Part shown: positions 50,390-64,000 of the stretch, one piece after another
Layout: each line of letters begins with the position of its first letter
Numbering within the stretch: position 1 is the stretch's first letter
From: Octopus vulgaris
Lineage: Eukaryota
Assembly: GCA_951406725.2 (NCBI GenBank)
Contig: OX597814.1
Span: 178,684,001-178,748,000, forward strand
Reading direction: 5' to 3'
Length of the DNA stretch: 64,000 nt
Notes under the pieces: model-generated
What the model was told of the DNA's origin: nothing
Seen by the model: only the letters and a program-made list of their open reading frames with translations
Databases searched by the model: none
Program-made: the position numbers and the translations under genes

Positions 50390-53300
50390 ATACCTGGATA
50401 GTGCATCTGCAAGTACATTAGCATTTTTTGTAATATGTCAAATACTCAAACTAAAATTTTGCAGGTACAAGCTCCAGCTCAGAATCCTGTGATTAGTACC
50501 ATTCACCTTATCATTGAAAACTAAGGGATCGTGATCTGTGTAGACAGTGGTAGGATTTGAACCTATATAAATTTGAAAGTGCTGAACTACCCACGCAAGA
50601 GCTAAAAACTCTTTCTAGATAGTAGAGTAATTCTTCTGACAAGAATTAAACTTCCTAGAGAATTATGCCACTGGACAATCTACTCCAGATTGGCCAGATT
50701 GGTAAGAAAACGGCGCCAGTACCTACATCAGAAACGCCAGTCATCAATGAGAACGGCTTCTCAAAATCAGGTGCTTTTAAAACCAGGGAATTTTGTAAAA
50801 CCGACGTAAGTGTCTCAAAAGCTCTTTCACACTCTGATAACCACTTCATTGTTTGGGTCTTTTTCAACAAATTTGTCAACGGTTCCGCAATAATAAATAA
50901 AATTTTGCACGAACTTACGGTAAAAACCAATCATACCCCCAAATCGTTTGATCTGACATTTCGTCGTGGGTCACGGAAAATCTGATGGCTTTTACATTAG
51001 TCTTCTTCAGTACGACTTTACCCTGTCCTACAGTATACCCTAGATAAGTAATATGGGTTTTACCAAACTCACATTTTTGCAAGTTGAAGGTTAACCCAGC
51101 AGCCTTCAATCTAGTGCAAATTTTTCTTAAATTTCTACAATGACTTTCCTAATCACATCATATAAGGCATAAGTCATCAAGATAACATGCGCAATTGCTC
51201 ATTCCTTCTGTTATTAAGGTCATGCGTTTCTGGAAAATCGCAGGGGCATTCCATAACCCGAAGGGCATGACCCTGAACTGAAATGGGCCAAACGGCGTGA
51301 CGAAAGCCGTGAGAGATTTAGTACGCTCGGTTAAAGAAACTTCATAATAGCCTTTTCTCAAATCTAATTTGGTTAAGTAGATCGAGTTGCTAACTCTATC
51401 CACTAAATCACCAATCTGCGAAATAAGGAAAGAATCCGGTTTAGTAACAGAATTAACCTTCCGATAGTCAATGCAAACATGCTGGCTACCATCTGGTTTC
51501 GGAATCATGACCAGTGGAAAGCTATAATCACACTTACTAGATTCTATTAACCCTAATTCCAACATCTCCTTGACTTCCTACTCAATAATTTCAACTTGGC
51601 TGGGTGCATTCTGTAAGGCAGTTTTCTATCAGTCAACTCAATATCAAGCATCATAACAATAGGGCACCCTGATTGTCTGAAAATATTTCATCAAAGTCTG
51701 GAAGTAAACCTGTTACTATAGGTTCAGTACAAAAATTGTCTACTTCGTAATCTGAATTAATGGACGAACTAAGTTTACTATCTTCCTGATTTTCCTCCTC
51801 ATCTAATTTGTTCTCGACCGGCATAGCAGCATTAACGGACTTGGATTCAACATCTCTTTCATAGAACGGTTTTAGCATGTTGACATGACAAACTTGTTGC
51901 CTCTTTCTACGATCCGGAGTTTCAATCACATAATCCAAATTGTTAAGTTGTTTAACAATTTTGTAAGGTCTAGAACATCTAGTCTTCAAAGGACTACCTG
52001 GTACAGGAAGTAGAGCTAACACCTTACTATCAAGAGGAAAAATACGCTTTGGGGATTTGCCATGATATCTCTACTTCATTGTTTTCTAACTAGACTCTAA
52101 GTTGACATGTGCAGTGTTAAATGCGGAACGCAATCTCTCCTTAAACTCAGAAATATAGTCAATCAAATCAAACTCAGGTGCAATGTTATCACTATTCAAC
52201 CAACTATCTTTTAGTAGTTGTAAGGATCCTCGCACGCGATGGGCATAGATCATATCATAAATAGAGACCCCTAAAGTTTCCACGGGAACTTCCCTAGTTA
52301 CGAACAATACTAGAGGCACACCATGATCCCAACCCTCCTCTTTCTGCTTAAGGATTAAAGTTTTCTTGTCTGCTTTGAATTCAACTTCGCTGGGTTAAGT
52401 AGGCTCTTCGCTACCAGAATTCAAATCCACAAGGAAAGTATTTTACAAAGCTATGTTACCCTTAATATCTAAACTATTATTAGATCCCTCCTTACTGGGA
52501 CTAAAACTAGCCTCACTATTCATAGCCGTGGTCTGGGACCTAGTCGCTGCACATTCAGGAATTATTCTTCGATACAATGTCTCTAACTTTTCTGTCTCTT
52601 CGATCAGACTCAGGTTTAGACAGTGGGAACTGCATAAACTTCATCACCTACAACATCATTATCTAACAAAAGATCCATACCATCAATAGGTAAAGTTGTA
52701 ACTAATCCAACATTAACTGGACCTACCACATATTTATAATTCAAATGAACTTTGTACAAAGGAATGGAATCATATCCTGCAGTAACACCTCTAATTAATA
52801 CTAATAGGTATAGCATCATGTTTCAAGAGAGTTTGTTCTGCACCGGTATCTCTAAAAATTGTAACAGACTTAGGGGTAGACGAACTGTCAGAAGTAGCAT
52901 CAACACTAGAACTATCCACAACTGAAGTCATAACTAAATCTGCATCAGCATTATATAAACTTCCACATCTGGGTCTAACTTAATCTTAGACAAAACCCCT
53001 GCGTTCGAAAAACACTTAAAACCTGATGGCACAGCTACCTCTACAGAACCTACAACATTTGACAAGTCACAACATTTACAAGCTGCAACAGCTCGATCCC
53101 TGGACTGATCTACTTGAGCTGCTTCCTTAGCCTTTAACTGTCTACAATCAGTAGTCAAGTATCCGGGAGTCTTACAGTAATGGCAGGATTTAGAAGAAGC
53201 ACTACACCGATCCTTCTGTTGCTTCTGACCTGCTTTTTTTTTCTGAGTAACACCATCTGACTTGATAAACTGTTTTTGTATTGTCATTCTTTTGCTGACG

Positions 53301-53640
53301 CTTGCCGTGAATCAATGCTACTCATATGCAAGTTTTGCAGCTTCAGCTAAAGTATTAACCTGCCTTTCAGCTACAAAACCTCTCACGTCATAGGGAAACT
53401 TATTCAAGAACACGTCTATCAACATCAACTCTTCCAACTGACCGAAAGTATCAACTTTTTTAGACCTAAGCCATACAACGGGTTCAAGGAAACCATAAAA
53501 CAATTTCAAGATGATTTAAATTTAAGACTGTAAATGAAATGTAAAATCTATGCAAAACTCACAAGATTTTGGTACCTCCTACTAAAGCTATCTCTTTAAG
53601 ATACTGATAATAGTAACTTACGTAACTTCCGCATCAGTTT
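50390..53640 (-). mobile_element. Degenerate Gmr1-like Ty3/Gypsy LTR retrotransposon internal region (gag-PR-IN-RT-RH)
   Basis: SCAN-like gag (LEELMLIDVFLNKFP...TLAEAAKLA); knuckle CHYCKTPGYLTTDC; protease RDTGAEQT at ~52832-52855; integrase C-terminus and GPY/F region at 51850-52320; RT CIDYRKVN, LDLRKGYY, MPFGL, YLDD at 51158-51565; RNase H ending NVLADALSR; LTRs not identified. Confidence 0.9.
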
Positions 53641-54348
53641 AATCAGTAATAGTTTTAGGAAAAGCAAGCTTGTAAATTGAAATGACATGAAAACTGAAAA
53701 CCAGCCAGTTTAGATACTTGTGATAGAGTAAATAATTTAGCGTTGTAAAACGTATATTATACCATTCACTAGATTTGTTAAACCAATCCAAATAAATATC
53801 GGTATTATTAGTATTATAGATAATATAATCCCGAAAGGTTAGTTGGCACCCTGTTTTACTCAATGGAATGATGCCAATTCCGTGATTAGTTCATTTAAAT
53901 AAGTACTTTTCAAACACGTATGTAGATTTACGCAGCTTGACATTAAGGATAACCACATTTCAGTTTCCCAACCAATTTTGATAGATGCCCTTATTTTCAA
54001 AAGACATACGAATTCTTCTGAAATAATATCACTCTAAGTGATAAGATACTCGTCTTATGTATAATATTGTATTGTATAATATAATTTTTCGAATATTATT
54101 TTCTATATGAGCACAGCATTGAAAGTGTTTCCTGAAATGAACGATATCTTGTACTTCTATTTCATGGAATCATCAGAAAAAATTTTCAAGTAACTCCTCA
54201 AAGTAATTTATGAACTTAACCTAAATCAAGATTGATATAAATAATTATATATTGTAAATTGTAAATAATGAGTACAAATTATATATATATAATATATGAG
54301 ATTATATATCATAAATCACATCCCTTCCAAAATTCGGCATATTCTTGG

Positions 54349-54379
<31 letters not shown>

Positions 54380-54409
54380 TATATATGTGTGTGAAATCAT
54401 TATATAATA

Positions 54410-54606
54410 TTGATTTCAAAACTTTGGTATAAGGCCTGCAATATTTGGGAACGGCTGAAGTCTATTCTATAAACACCAGTGTTCAACTGGCGCTTCTTTT
54501 GTCAACCCAGAAAGGATGAAAAGCAAAGTCACCCTCGGCAGAATTTAATCACCTAAATGACGCTTAAGTACTTTGCGCGGGGTGCTAACGATTCTGCCAG
54601 CTCGCC
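54410..54606 (-). mobile_element. SINE family B, diverged
   Basis: Minus head GGCGAGCTGGCAGAATCGTTAGCACC; core GACTTTGCTTTTCATCCTTTC. Confidence 0.8.
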
Positions 54607-54730
54607 ATATATATAAATATAATATATATATATATGTGTGTGTGTTTGTGTGTGTGTGTGCGTATGTGCGTGTGTGTGTGCCCCTGTGTGTGCGCGCGCG
54701 TGTGTATGTGTGTGTATGTGTGTATATATA

Positions 54731-54774
<44 letters not shown>

Positions 54775-54860
54775 CTCCCAGAATTTGTTTAAAAATTACA
54801 CTTACAGAACGTGAGTGAACTCTGTACCAAATAGACTTTCGAACAGCATAGATCTTATCC

Positions 54861-54903
<43 letters not shown>

Positions 54904-56489
54904 TTACTTATGTATAACCATATTTTTGCACCCCTTTTCAAACCTCTAATCCCAAACATCTTCTCTACACTACCTTTTCACACATTCCATTATACTATTG
55001 TCGGTTTCATCTCGCAGAAATAGAATAAATTATATGAAACATAATTTAGTTTAATTCTCCATTTAATTTGGGCTTATATGTTCAAAATACTTTCCACAAC
55101 TTTGCAAACTCATTTTCTTCATCACCGAAGTTATTAAAAATTTCTTGAGAATTAGAATATCGCATTCTTCTACAGTTTTGCTCATATATAGAGAAAACAA
55201 AGCAAATCAAACGTAGCGAATCCTATTTAAACTAAAGTCCACAAAGATACTCAAGCATGCACCGAAACACATGTGTTCGTGGCGGAAATTTCACTTCTAA
55301 AAGGGCTTGTTTACTATTATACAGTAAGCACCACACAAATCTCAAAATAACAATGTGTTAACTTTGAATTGGTTCAAAGCTCTCGACAATTGAATTTTTA
55401 CGTTTCGCAACCAACGTAGAAACACAAATCTTTTCGGAATTTTTAGTCATATAACACGATCTCCGATATCAAATCTGAATTAATACGTTTTGCCAAACAT
55501 TATCACCATTACTTCATTTTTCAGTGTTTTCAAATATTACTTCTAAATATTTCACTTATTAAAGTCATTGAGATTTGGTACCATTTTTGGAGACATAAAG
55601 CTCAGACATCCTAACTGTTAAAAAAATACATAAAAATATTCAATGATTTCTATCTTCCAAGCAATATTTTCCTAATGAAGCAATTTTTTACCTAGTAATT
55701 AGATGATTACACGAAAATAAAATGCTACATAATTCATTTATTTTCCATCTGAACAAAGTGCTACGTGGTTAAATGCATAGCGTTTAGTTTCGTATTGCAA
55801 TAATCACATTAACGTAGACCTACTTCGTACACCAATTAAAAACTCTTCACATGTATTCGTTTTCCTCTTAATATAATAGTTTCTCTTCTTCCTACCACTT
55901 TTCTCACTCCCTTGCTCTTTCTCTGTTCGTTTTTTTTCTTATATATACTCACATCATAAATATCATTACATACACATGCAAAGACACACAAAAAAATCAT
56001 ATATACATGCATGCATATATATCTATATACGTCTTTGTTTGTGTATCTGGCAAATATACAAATCACCATCAAAAATACCATTTTAATTTATACAGGTGAT
56101 CTATTTATTCAAAATGAATGTGCTGCAACGAATTTAAATATCGTTACCATCCTACCAGATCACTCTGTGAACAAAATTGAGAGATGATTAGATCATGAAT
56201 TTGATTTTATAATGATAACGTATAAATGTTCCTTACCGTAGACATACCATTACAATTTGATGTTTCTCCGACATTTTATTTCTTCAGCTGTTATACATTC
56301 TACATAAACAAATATATATTGAATGGGATAATTTACTTTGATAAACCGCAGAAGAAAAATCTCTCAGAAACAAGTAGTAAAATTACTCAAGTGAGAAAAG
56401 TATGGTTCGAAAATTTGCAATACCGATCTATGAACGTTTTTCACTGACAAAATACCTTTGGTGATATTATTTAATGAATATATACACGT

Positions 56490-56692
56490 AAGCAGGCAGA
56501 ACCGTTACCACGCCGGGCGAAATGCCAAACAGAATTTCTTCTGACTTAACATTCTGAGTTCAAATACGCCGTAGTCGACTTCGCCTTTCATCATCTCGAG
56601 GTCATTAAAAGAAGAACCAGCTGATAACTGAGGTGGATGTTATCCCCTTACTTCCTCTCCTTAAATTGCTGGCCTTGTGCCAAAATTTGAAA
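56490..56692 (+). mobile_element. SINE family B, diverged, tail type 2
   Basis: GGCAGAACCGTTACCACGCCGGGCGAAATG...GTCGACTTCGCCTTTCATC...GGCCTTGTGCCAAAATTTG. Confidence 0.8.
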
Positions 56693-58752
56693 TGAAAATA
56701 TAAACATAAATATATATATACGCCTATATATATGTCTAGACACACGTATATATATGCCTGTAAGTGTGTGTGTGTGCGTGTATGGTAAGAGTGTATGTGT
56801 GACTGCAGGTGTGTTTACATTTATGTGTATTTTAAATATATCTCTTTCTCACCTTAAAGTCATATGTATGCATATTTGTATAAACACACACACACACATG
56901 CATATAATAAGTTTTGTGATATAAATAGAAAAATAGGAAAATAGAACTCAAAATATTTAAAACTTTTCCCGATTAAGACGTGTGTGTGTGTATGTGTGTG
57001 TGTGTGTGTGTGTATGTGTATGCACCCTTGTATACTCATGCGAGTTGTCTCGAAATTAATGCAACTGTAAGCATACCATTTTAAGTGAATAATGTTGAAA
57101 TGCTCCATATTGATAGAGTAAAATTTCCTCTGTTCTAATTCTACTTCCTATTCATTTTTATTGCTGGCGAACAATGAGTTCTAGCAATGCGAATTCTGCA
57201 GGAGGAAGTGTTGCAAGCTTACTTACATACACAGTGCTTCTGCACAGAAGAGTTGTTGCAGCGCTTTGTGACATTTGAACGACCCACAACGGTTAATTAA
57301 AAAAGCCATGCATACTTTTGCTTTGCTTCCGATGCAATCCTCTTACGCATGGCTATGGCTATACATGTGCAAAGGTATCCTTTTGTGTTGGTGTGAATGA
57401 TTGTGTGTGTACACGTATATTTGTTTGTATATATTGTGTGTAACTGCAACCCAATGACTGAAAACTTTAAAACGTGAATCTTTTTATTCATAAGGTACAA
57501 TTGGATATTATATCATATTTTACATGGAGGTATCCCGTATTTGTTACAAATGTTGATATGGAACCTACATTTGGTGGGGAACTATGTTTTACTTTAAAAT
57601 GTCCAATGAGTCCAACATGTGTAAATTTTCTATTCCAGTTCCATTCTACCTTAATAAATAAATTAAAATTTTGCTCAACTAAAAAGTGAGAAGTTATCAT
57701 TCTGAAAAGAAATATTTTATTTTTGTATTTTTTTTCTTTTATTGTCATTATAAATTCAATTAATTGAAATCTACATTTTGTTCATTATGCCAAGCAGAAT
57801 TCACTTTTGTTATGCTTTCCATAATATTTAATTTAGCTAAACACTGAAATTTTCCACCTCAGTGTTATAAACATTTAAATTGCTCTTATGGTAGTGCGAT
57901 ATTGACTTTGCCACTCAGAGAATGGTCAGTAAAATTGAAATTTAATGTAGGTTCGCGTGCATGCAAATATAACAAGCGATGCACCTGATGGAAGAAGTTA
58001 GATATTGGCTGGTACTGATACGATATATGTTTACCTGGGCAGTAGAATGTTATTTATATAGGAATGGTACTTGTCTGTGTGATTGCTTTCTTTCAGTGAT
58101 GTCGATTTCTGAAAGTGTGGAGTGAAGTCTAAAGCTATTTGCTTAAAGAAACGTTTGAAAATATAAATGTCCGAGGCCAAGTCGAGATCAGCAGACATTG
58201 AAGCAGCGATGAATATTAAGGATGGCGGCAGAGAGAACGTTAATTAGTTGAGCACTAATTAATGAAACATATGGTAATAAAAATAGTTAAAATATATGAT
58301 TGAAAATATGAATAAGAGTATAAATAAAACTGAATATAAATATGAATAAATGATTTAAAATGACGATTAGAAATGACGATTAGAAAATGACGATTAGTTC
58401 ATCTACATATTAATTAGGAAATAAATACAGATGCATACTAGAATTTGATATGCGGCCTCTAAATTGGAGATGTGTGAGAGGATAGGCATAATTTGTGATG
58501 AGATATATTGTGTATGGCTTGCATGTAACATATAAGGGTTCGAGACTCTTGTCTCTAACTATGAATGGAGGCTGAAGAATCGACAATCACATTACTAATG
58601 ACTAGGATACGTTAAGCTTTAGAATTCTATATACATACTCACATACATGCACAAATACACACGCATACACACACATGCATCTATCTATTCATATATCGAT
58701 GTATGTGTGGACGTGTTTAATTAGCTATGTAGATAAATGTATGCATAAGCAC

Positions 58753-58783
<31 letters not shown>

Positions 58784-58833
58784 AACATACAAACACACAC
58801 ATACACATCCCCTATATATATATATATATATAT

Positions 58834-59196
58834 CTTTACTCTTTTACTCATTTACTTGTTTCAGTTCTTTGACTGCGGCCATGCTGGAGCACCGCCTTTA
58901 GTCGAGCAAATCGACCCCGGGACTTATTCTATCGGTCTCTTTTGCCGAACCGCTAAGTTACGGGGACGTAAACACACCAGCATCGGTTGTCAGGCAATGC
59001 TAGGGGGACAACACACACACATATATACATATATACGACAGGCTTCTTTCAGTTTCCATCTACCAAATCCACTCACAAGGCATTGGTCGGCCCGGGGCTA
59101 TAGCAGAGGACACTTGCCCAAGATGCCACCCAGTGGGACTGAACCCGGAACCATGTGGTTGGTTAGCAAGCTACTTACCACACAGCCACTCCTGCG

Positions 59197-59198
<2 letters not shown>
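58834..59198 (-). mobile_element. SINE family A, young full-length copy in (TA)n
   Basis: Close reverse-complement match to 9421-9815; head GGCGCAGGAGTGGCTGTGTGG. Confidence 0.92.
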
Positions 59199-59253
<55 letters not shown>

Positions 59254-59934
59254 ATATATATACGATGGTCGCTCCCGTCGGTTTCGACGTAAGTGTGTTT
59301 GAAGAAGAGGACTTAAAGAGAGTAATATAAAAATGAAAAAAAGAAAAGAAACTGTAGTTGGAGGGTCAGTTAAAGATGGCGAGAAGCATACACGCACACG
59401 CACGCGCGCACACACACACACACACATACACACACACATATATATATACATAGGTATATAGACAGGTAGGTAGAATTAGATATTTGCATATTTGTTTGGA
59501 TGCATGTGCATTTAGATGTGTGTGCATGTGTGTGCGTGTGCATTCGTGTGTGTGCGCGTGTTAGACTAGGTGTGTGGTGAAAATATGTCGTTCGACTCTG
59601 GGGAATCGTTCGATCCCCTGAATTTTCCGCGTCAGAATAATTATCAATAATCGAACATTTCACAACCACATGTCTCCTTAATATAATCTGACATAAATTC
59701 TGCTTGACACACTAGGCTGTGCCTCATGATTTGCAATCGAAATCAAATTCATGTGCTTCTACATAGTTTCCGTCTATTCATTTCAAAATCACGTTGGCCG
59801 AACCGATGTTGTAAGAAAGGTCATTATATCAAGATGCTAGGTACTGGGATCAAACCCAGGTTGCCGTGGTTGCGAAACGAACAACTTCCCCGTACTGAGT
59901 CAAATTTATGTAATGTAATACAAACTATAAAATA

Positions 59935-60345
59935 TTCTTTTCTAGTCTAGGCACAAGGCCCGAAATTTCGGGGGGGAGGCCTCTCGATTTGATCGATTCC
60001 AGTACGAAACTAATTACTTAATTTATCGACCCCGAAATAATGAAAGGCAAAGTCGACCTCGGCGAAATTTGAACTCTGGACGTAAAGATAGACGAAATAC
60101 CTACTTGTTTACTACCCACAAGGGGCTAAACACAGAGAGGACAAACAAGGACAGACAAACGGATTCAGTCAATTATATCGACCCCAGTGCTTAACTGGTA
60201 CTTATTTAATCGACCCCGAAAGGATGAAAGGCAAAGTCGACCTCGGCGGAATTTGAACTCACAACGCAACGGCAGACGACATACCTATTTCTATTTCTCT
60301 ATTACCCACAAGTGGCTAAACATAGAGGGGACAAACAAGGATAAC
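59935..60345 (-). mobile_element. SINE family B multimer (partial tail 1, then core+tail 1, then core+tail 2)
   Basis: Two TGAAAGGCAAAGTCGACCTCGGCG cores and a third partial tail. Confidence 0.85.
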
Positions 60346-60364
60346 CTCAAGATATAGCCTCCCC

Positions 60365-61096
60365 CCCCTCCCAGATTATCACATATCCTCCTCCATGTTT
60401 AACAGTTGGAGGAAGTCAGACTGGGTCAAATTGTTCCTTTGACTGTCTCCACATGTATACTCAGCAGGTGGTCGGAAATAAATCAAAGGATGACTCGTCC
60501 GAGGAAATAACATTCTTCCACTGTTCTATGAATCAATTCTGTAGGTTTTTACTCCACTCTAAGCACATTGAAACGTTTGTTTTTGAAAGTTGTGGTTTTC
60601 TGATGACAGCCCTCCTGTGAAATCCGGCTTTGTGCAGCTCTCAGTGAAGAGGTTTTGTGGAAGCTGGGTTCTCGAGGTAGTCATTCAGCTCTGCAGTATT
60701 TGTGGGAGCTGTAGTCCAACGGTCCCTATCAGAAAGTTTTGGTTTTCTTCCGAAGTTTTGTTTCGACGAGCAGGTTTTCTCTGTTTCTCAAAGGCTGTCA
60801 TTATTTCCGAGACAGTACTTGTTGATACACCAAACATGTCGGCTGTTTTCCTTACGCTAGCGCCTGCCATACGAACACCAACAATTTGACCTCTTTCAAA
60901 GTCCGATAGATCTGTCATTTTAATGAATTTTAATTACCTTCTTCAGATGATATCTGAAAAGAAACAACAATTTAGCAAAACATATTAAACAACACTAATA
61001 ATAAATAAAAATAAACAAGCTTTTGACGATTTTATAGATACTTCAAAATTATGATGCTATGATGCTAGATGTTTCCATTATTTTGTCCAACCCCTG
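60365..61096 (-). mobile_element. Tc1-like transposon, 5' half (pseudogenised transposase)
   Basis: TIR TA-CAGGGGTTGGACAAAATAATGGAAAC; MTDLSDFERGQIVGVRMAG HTH; WKNVISSDESSF; PTVKHGGGYVIIWG. Confidence 0.9.
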
Positions 61097-62213
61097 TAGG
61101 TAGGCAGATATATAGATATATAGTAATAGATAGTTACATATTGGTGAGTCAAAACCTCGAAAATAAACCGATAGTTTTCCGAACGTTTTAACCTCCCGGA
61201 TAATGAATCTTCTGCGAAGAATATTTGAAGGTAGTCACTCGGACAATAAATATGTAACTACTCTTTGTGCCTCATCTTGTCTATGTATATTTTCTTCTAT
61301 ATATACAAACGTGCTACGCAAATAAAATTTGAGAGCTTAATGAATATTTATGTTATGATAACGCATAGTCTCGATGATTGATGTAAATAACCTTTTGTCT
61401 GGGCAAAATAAATATTGATTTCAATAGTAATATTTGTACTTTCCAATAATTTTGCGTATATCTTTACAAGTATCTTAGATGAAGTTATTGGTATGGCTCA
61501 GCATTTTGCATCGATTACCCTGTGCCTCTGCAATTTTAATGAATATTGAAAGCCATACTGAGAAATATATGTGATAATCAGCCAGCTTTCACCGGTGGTG
61601 TTGTCTTCTAAATATAATTCAATCTACGCATTTACGACTTGTACAATAGTTTCCGTATATACTTACAATAGGATTTGCCCAAGAAAACTCCTATACTATA
61701 GATTCATTTGCTGAAAAAGTTCATCGACAACACATTAAATCCGAAACCGAAAATAAATATAGAACTATGGTACAATCCAGATATCTGTCTCGCTGTTATA
61801 TTGCATTCTTCTCAGAAACTCATGGAACGGCGAAAATATTGGTATCCATTTTAATACATTTTTATTACTACATGATTTTTTGTTGTTCGTAACCTAACAT
61901 TTTTACTACATTACTATTATGGCTCTGCAATGATGCATCAGTCACTCTGTTACACCGATGTGAACTGTGAATTAGACACGAACATATCCCCACAAATATA
62001 CACAGATATATACACGTATACATTCGAATAGTTACAATTACAATCACAATTATAGTCGTATATTCAGGAATATGTTTGCATCGATGTGCTTGTACCTAAG
62101 TTGATATGTTGTTGTTTTGGAGTAATGGAAAGTGAGTTTTTAGTAGTAAAGAAGCGTTTTTGCATTCAATTTGACAGTAGCCTGATTTTTCTTTGACTGT
62201 ATTGTGAGTGCCA

Positions 62214-62648
62214 AGGCGGTGAGCTGGCAGAAACGTTAGCACGCCGGGCGAAATGCTTAGCCGTATTTCGTCTGCCGTTACGTTCTGAGTTCAAATTCCG
62301 CCGAGGTCGACTTTGCCTTTCATCCTTTCGGAGTCGATAAATTAAGTACCAGTTACGCACTGGCATCGATGTAATCGACTTAATCCCTTTGTATATCCTT
62401 GTTTGTCCCCTCTATGTTTAGCCCCTTGTGAGCAATAAAGTAGTAAGAAACGTTTGCACGCCGGACGAAAAGTGTAGCGGTATTTCGTCTGTCTGTACGT
62501 TCTAAGTTCAAATTCTGCCGAGGTCGACTTTGCCTTTCATTCTATCGGGGTCGATAAATTAAATACTAGTTGCGTACTGGGGCCGATCTAATCGACTGGC
62601 CCCCTCCCCCAAAAATTTCGAGCCTTTTGCTTAGAGTAGAAAAAAATA
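62214..62648 (+). mobile_element. SINE family B heterodimer (tail 1 then tail 2) with ~16-bp TSD
   Basis: Two cores; TATTGTGAGYGCYAAG at 62200-62215 and 62653-62668. Confidence 0.9.
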
Positions 62649-63203
62649 TATATATTGTGAGCGCTAAGCCGAGTAATATTTTTGTAAGATAGGATGTTTT
62701 CTAAGAAAGGAAAATGTACAAGAAGATAGATTTGGTTTCCAGAAGGCTTGTACAACATTCGTATTAAATGTATTTATTTCTTGTTTGTAACTTCATATTA
62801 GGAAGTGTTTTACCTGTTTGCTAAATTTTCCGACATGTAAGTCGCTGTGTAGATGTTTGTTTTCATGTTGAAAAATGCTACGTTGTCTGATAGTTTCGTT
62901 ATGTAAGTGATAAGTTTCACTTAGTTAACTATATAACTTATGTTACAGCTGTACGGTGTGACCATATTCCATGATCTATAATCGTCTGTGTCCTTGTATT
63001 TGTAACTCACTGCACCAAAAGATACAACATAGTACTTCAACGTATCGTTATATATTTAAGTGAGTATATGTATAGATGCACCTTTCTCTATTGCTACTCA
63101 TACATTCATGTTTAGTTTGTGTATGTGTATCCATACATACACGTATATATCGAACGCATTACTCTAGCTTTCTACAGTCCACTGAGTAAAGTGGTTAAAA
63201 ATA

Positions 63204-63383
63204 TTTATTTCTTTATTACCCACATGGAGCTAAACATAGAGGGGACAAACAAGGACAGACAAATGGATTAAGTCGATTACATCGACCCCAGTGCGTAACT
63301 GGTACTTAATTTATCGACCCCGAAAGGATGAAAGACAAAGTAGACCTCGGCGGAATTTGAACTCAGAACGTAACGGCAGACGA
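63204..63383 (-). mobile_element. 5'-truncated SINE family B monomer with TSD
   Basis: AAAGTGGTTA(A/T)AAATA at 63188-63203 and 63384-63399. Confidence 0.9.
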
Positions 63384-64000
63384 AAAGTGGTTATAAATAA
63401 TACTAGGTAAAAAAATATATAATATAAAACAAATGTACTAAAATAATGATCTAAAACTAGTTCAGTTTCGAGCAAGTTCTATAAAACAAAACTTTATGCC
63501 AGTTCCGAATACCTATTTATTTTTTTCCATTTGCTTGCCTGGTACTTAACTCTTTAATGTCTGACTTTCATACACAAAACTTCCATGATGAGCATGACTT
63601 AATATCATTGAACCTCGTTGATACCCAGGAGTTACTTTTATGATGTATAAATTAGTTTTACATGAAGAAAAATCGTGCCCTATTGATTTGTTAGGTGTTT
63701 TACATTTTCTCATTACAATACACATTCAATTGAAAGATTTTAGCTTTGTTTAGTAAATACTGTTTATTAGGTTTTCTGTTTATGTTTCGGTCGGTAACCA
63801 TGGCAGTGGAATTACTTTCATTAAAGTCTTTACCTTCGTAGCTCTATTGAAATATTCCATGCTGCGCCGTTTACAGTTGCTGTTTGATTAATAGGGGAGA
63901 GAAGAGAGAGAATTTAGAACCTAATGCAACAATTATTCTTCTGTTGTTTACAAGGTTAGTGTAGTTATAATCGATGCAGCTACCATATTGCTTAGTTTAA

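Noticed and set aside
49650-50390. 3' LTR of the Gmr1-like element
   Set aside because: No polypurine tract, TG...CA boundaries or matching 5' LTR could be identified

Overview
AT-rich, microsatellite-dense, intergenic or intronic animal DNA. The SINE families and repeat landscape point to a cephalopod, probably Octopus (inferred from memory, not from a database search). No intact host protein-coding gene can be supported, and most ORFs in the track are microsatellite or SINE read-throughs. The window holds several layers of mobile elements: at least three tRNA-derived SINE families, an internally deleted CR1-like LINE whose 3' tail is shared with the main SINE, several R4/Dong-like fragments in (TAA)n tracts, a Gmr1-like Ty3/Gypsy remnant with PR-IN-RT-RH order, mariner, Tc1 and piggyBac remnants and MITEs, and non-autonomous Helitrons. 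The most notable find is a set of type I hammerhead-ribozyme motifs on the minus strand, all beside dinucleotide microsatellites. The best lies in a highly structured ~488-nt unit present as about 1.2 tandem copies inside (TA)n at 3721-4318, resembling a retrozyme or Penelope-type element.
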